DNA of 33,259 nt, taken from a virus. The position numbers and the translations under genes were made by a program. The notes beneath the pieces are model-generated. The model saw only the letters and a program-made list of their open reading frames with translations, had not been told where the DNA came from and searched no databases. Location of the stretch: IMG/VR virus record IMGVR_UViG_3300045988_058170, positions 1 to 33,259 of that record. One strand, given 5' to 3'. Every line of letters starts with the position of its first letter. The first letter of the stretch is position 1. Positions 31,264 to 33,259 of the stretch are shown here, in pieces.

Positions 31264-31986
31264 TCACGGTGAGACAAGCGACATAGAGTCGAAGTGGAAA
31301 GGTATTCTCTTGTCTAGAACCGTGCAAACAACCTGAACCGTCACTGGCGAATTTCCTGTCTTGAACATACCAGAAGCCGCTTCCCAACCGTTAGTTGTGG
31401 ATTGCGTGCTTGGCGACATTTTGAACAGGACGGACTGCGTGTTGATGTCTTTTATCTCGACGTTAGCAACCTGTGGCGGAGTCAACCAAGAGCGCATGTA
31501 GTACGAAAGCCTTAAATCTTGGTTCGGCGGAATGACGAACGGGTCCGAAGACGCACTATTCGGAAGTTTATCTCCGATACTAAGACACCTTCCACCTTCG
31601 TGTGTGTCACCTCTATCAACAACGCATGTCGCTGGGGTCCACTTCGCCACTCCTTCCTCGAAGTTGCCGTTCGGAACAAGATTGTCAGTAAACTCTCCAA
31701 AATCGTAAGCACCATCCGAATTCAAAACGCTGGAATACCGCGTCGCGCTCCAGATTAGCTGGCCAACTGTAGGATTCTTCAGAATCTTCAGGTCGAACCT
31801 CGTGCCCTTAGGCAGGGTGAGGATGCCAGTGTACAAGCCATCCTCACCATTCGTCATCTGCACTCCTGAAGCTCTAGTCCAAGGGTCTTTCTGTCCCCAG
31901 TCGCCGATAGCCCACATGATGCCGCCAGACGGTACGGTTGTGTCACGAACAGTGACCGTAAGGCTCCGATTTGGAGAGGCTACGCT
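31264..31986 (-). CDS. -1 frame extension of the major tail protein carrying CBM20-like and CBM4_9-like carbohydrate-binding modules
   Basis: The frame is open from the slip site (AGC 31986) through ATG 31917 to 31264. SLTVTVRDTTVPSGGIMWAIGDWGQKDPW..M..GEDGLYTGILTLPKGTRFDLKIL is starch-binding-module-like. LVPNGNFEEGVAKW...FHFDSMSLV is CBM4_9-like. There is no SD before ATG 31917. Confidence 0.7.
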   Translation of the reverse strand, partial: SVASPNRSLTVTVRDTTVPSGGIMWAIGDWGQKDPWTRASGVQMTNGEDGLYTGILTLPKGTRFDLKILKNPTVGQLIWSATRYSSVLNSDGAYDFGEFTDNLVPNGNFEEGVAKWTPATCVVDRGDTHEGGRCLSIGDKLPNSASSDPFVIPPNQDLRLSYYMRSWLTPPQVANVEIKDINTQSVLFKMSPSTQSTTNGWEAASGMFKTGNSPVTVQVVCTVLDKRIPFHFDSMSLVSP

Positions 31987-32576
31987 TTTGGGATGGTGAT
32001 GTACTGGGTCTGAGCAGGCTGGGAGGCGGTCGGATAGGCGTTGATGGTGAACTCGAAGTTCACGAGGGCGGTATGCACGTGGCTGATATCGCCGGTGATG
32101 AGGAACGTCGCATCGGGCATCACGTTGCGGCGCTTGCGGCCACCCTTCAGCATCTCGTCGATGATGATGACATGATGTTCAAGGTCTCCGGCCTGCTCCT
32201 TGACGGTGATGGTGCCATCCGCCGTCGAGGATGCGGCTTTTACCGTCACGTTGGAGGAGCCGTAAGCGACCTTGAGCAGGTCTTCGTTCAACGCTTCGAT
32301 GCACGTGCCGGTCCACGTCTTGGAGAACGTCGGGTCGGCCTGTGCGACGGTATCGCCGCCTGCGGCCACGATGTCATCGCCTGCGGTGAGGGATGCTGGT
32401 TCGGTCAGACCGTCTTCGGACAGGTAGCCGAGGCCGACGAATGCCGCGTCCAGTTCGGTGGTGGCGTCGGTTGGAATGGTGGTGCCCAGTGGGGCGACCC
32501 AAATATAGCCGGACTTGTTTGCACTTGCGCCCGGCTTCGAGAATGTCACGTTTGCGGAAGACTGCTTTGCGCCCAT
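31980..32576 (-). CDS. Major tail (tube) protein, TP901-1/phi13-like
   Basis: ...AFVGLGYLSEDGLTE... 198 aa. Position after the capsid gene. AAAGGAA SD. Confidence 0.75.
   Translation of the reverse strand: MGAKQSSANVTFSKPGASANKSGYIWVAPLGTTIPTDATTELDAAFVGLGYLSEDGLTEPASLTAGDDIVAAGGDTVAQADPTFSKTWTGTCIEALNEDLLKVAYGSSNVTVKAASSTADGTITVKEQAGDLEHHVIIIDEMLKGGRKRRNVMPDATFLITGDISHVHTALVNFEFTINAYPTASQPAQTQYITIPKA
31986..31992 (-). promoter_or_regulatory. -1 programmed frameshift heptamer C CCA AAA, two codons before the tail-protein stop
   Basis: The zero frame reads AT[C CCA AAA] GCG TAG. The -1 frame reads CCC AAA AGC GTA GCC..., continuous with the 217-aa ORF. Hairpins lie downstream (CTCC-AAATC-GGAG; TACGGTCAC-TGTTC-GTGAC-ACAA-CCGTA). 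Confidence 0.7.
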
Positions 32577-32604
32577 CTCAATTCCTTTCGTAGTTTAACG
32601 TTTG

Positions 32605-32628
32605 ATGGGCGGCGTTATTGCCGCCCAT
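32605..32628 (-). terminator. 9-bp GC-rich hairpin between the capsid and tail-tube genes (partial terminator/attenuator)
   Basis: atgggcggc-gttatt-gccgcccat. No U-tract. Confidence 0.5.
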
Positions 32629-32643
32629 GCGTGTGGCCGAATG

Positions 32644-33259
32644 TCAGTCGGCGTTGTGGGTGATGGCGTAGAACTTGCTGGTTCCGCCGATGAAGCCCCA
32701 GCCGATTGCGACTTCGGTGCGGAGCATCACCTTGTTCATTGCGCCCAAGTCGCCTTCGGCGGAACTGTCCGGATTGCCGGAGTCGAACACTTCGATGCCG
32801 GACAGCGGGATGGCACCCCACACAAAACGGTTGGCGAAGTCACCAACCACGGCATCGAGCACCTTGCTCTCCAACTGGCCGGAGCCGGTTGCCGCAGCAG
32901 TGTCGGACACGGTGTTGGAGGCCGCGAGGGTGACGCCGCCGAGGTTGACCATGTTGCCGATGAGCGGAACGTCGGAAGCATACTGGGTCGGCGTGCCGAT
33001 GGTGGTGAGGCCGTCGCCGATGGCAGCCAAGTAGGCGGAGGTGGTGACGCCCTGCGCGGAAGCGTCGCCCTGTGCGGCGACCTGTCGCACGGCCTGCTTG
33101 AACGCGGTGGCGGCTTCTGCTCCGGTGCCCGGAGTGTAGTTGATGTCGCCCGCATGTTCGAGCACGTAGCCGTTGGTGCGTGCGACGGTGGATGCGGCCT
33201 TGGTGGCCGGGTTGATGCCGAAGATGGGGGCGAAGTCGAGGGCGCGGCTGATAGCACGG
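32644..33259 (-). CDS. Major capsid protein, C-terminal part (continues from 527->1 across the junction)
   Basis: ...GDLGAMNKVMLRTEVAIGWGFIGGTSKFYAITHNAD* ; stop at 32644-32646. The track's M at 33165 is an internal GTG (Val). Confidence 0.85.
   Translation of the reverse strand, partial: RAISRALDFAPIFGINPATKAASTVARTNGYVLEHAGDINYTPGTGAEAATAFKQAVRQVAAQGDASAQGVTTSAYLAAIGDGLTTIGTPTQYASDVPLIGNMVNLGGVTLAASNTVSDTAAATGSGQLESKVLDAVVGDFANRFVWGAIPLSGIEVFDSGNPDSSAEGDLGAMNKVMLRTEVAIGWGFIGGTSKFYAITHNAD
33161..33259. repeat. Terminal direct repeat, second copy (identical to 1-99)
   Basis: Read directly. Confidence 0.95.

Noticed and set aside
1-33259. Lysogeny module (integrase, CI/Cro, attP)
   Set aside because: No ORF shows tyrosine- or serine-recombinase or repressor motifs by eye, so none is reported. 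Absence by eye is not proof; a profile search is needed.

Overview
The window is a complete phage genome closed on itself. Bases 1-99 are identical to 33161-33259, so the unique length is 33,160 bp, and the HK97-fold major capsid gene crosses the junction. It looks like a siphovirus-type dsDNA phage of a high-GC Gram-positive host. The host call is inference only, from AAGGAGG Shine-Dalgarno (SD) sites, TTGACA-17-TATATT promoters, an r1t-type holin and a GH25+SH3 lysin.

Layout:
- A long, translationally coupled minus-strand unit runs from 9321 through the junction to 20913. Its order is SF3-helicase/primase-polymerase, small ORFs, scaffold-like, four connector-like genes, MuF-like, three unknowns, TerL, HNH, a 330-bp gap, capsid, major tail protein, G/GT chaperones, 1339-aa tape measure, Dit, Tal, fibre, receptor-binding protein, TM protein, holin, endolysin.
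- A plus-strand early unit runs from 10432 to 20815. It has three promoter cassettes with small ORFs, an amidoligase plus class-II glutamine amidotransferase pair, ERF/SSB/VRR-NUC/YqaJ recombination genes, an SNF2 helicase, a dCTP deaminase and MazG-like enzymes.
- The two units diverge from a roughly 1.1-kb coding-poor control region (9322-10431) and converge on hairpins at 20827-20901.
- I recognised no integrase, repressor, recombinase, reverse transcriptase, tRNA, rRNA or CRISPR.

Most notable observations:
1. A 681-bp segment is bounded by perfect 25-bp inverted repeats inside the receptor-binding gene. It carries a promoterless, in-frame alternative C-terminal cassette on the opposite strand, like a G-segment or shufflon switch. 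No invertase is encoded anywhere in the closed genome.
2. A C CCA AAA -1 frameshift site lies two codons before the major-tail-protein stop. It opens into a low-GC ORF with two carbohydrate-binding-module-like domains.
3. An uncharacterised amidoligase/Ntn-amidotransferase pair sits early in the plus-strand unit.
4. The helicase-primase has its domains in the reverse of the usual order.
5. Morphogenesis gene order is non-canonical and no portal is recognisable.
6. The control region contains iterons, nested palindromes and an alternating pyrimidine-purine tract.

All functional calls come from motif recognition by eye. No database search was run.
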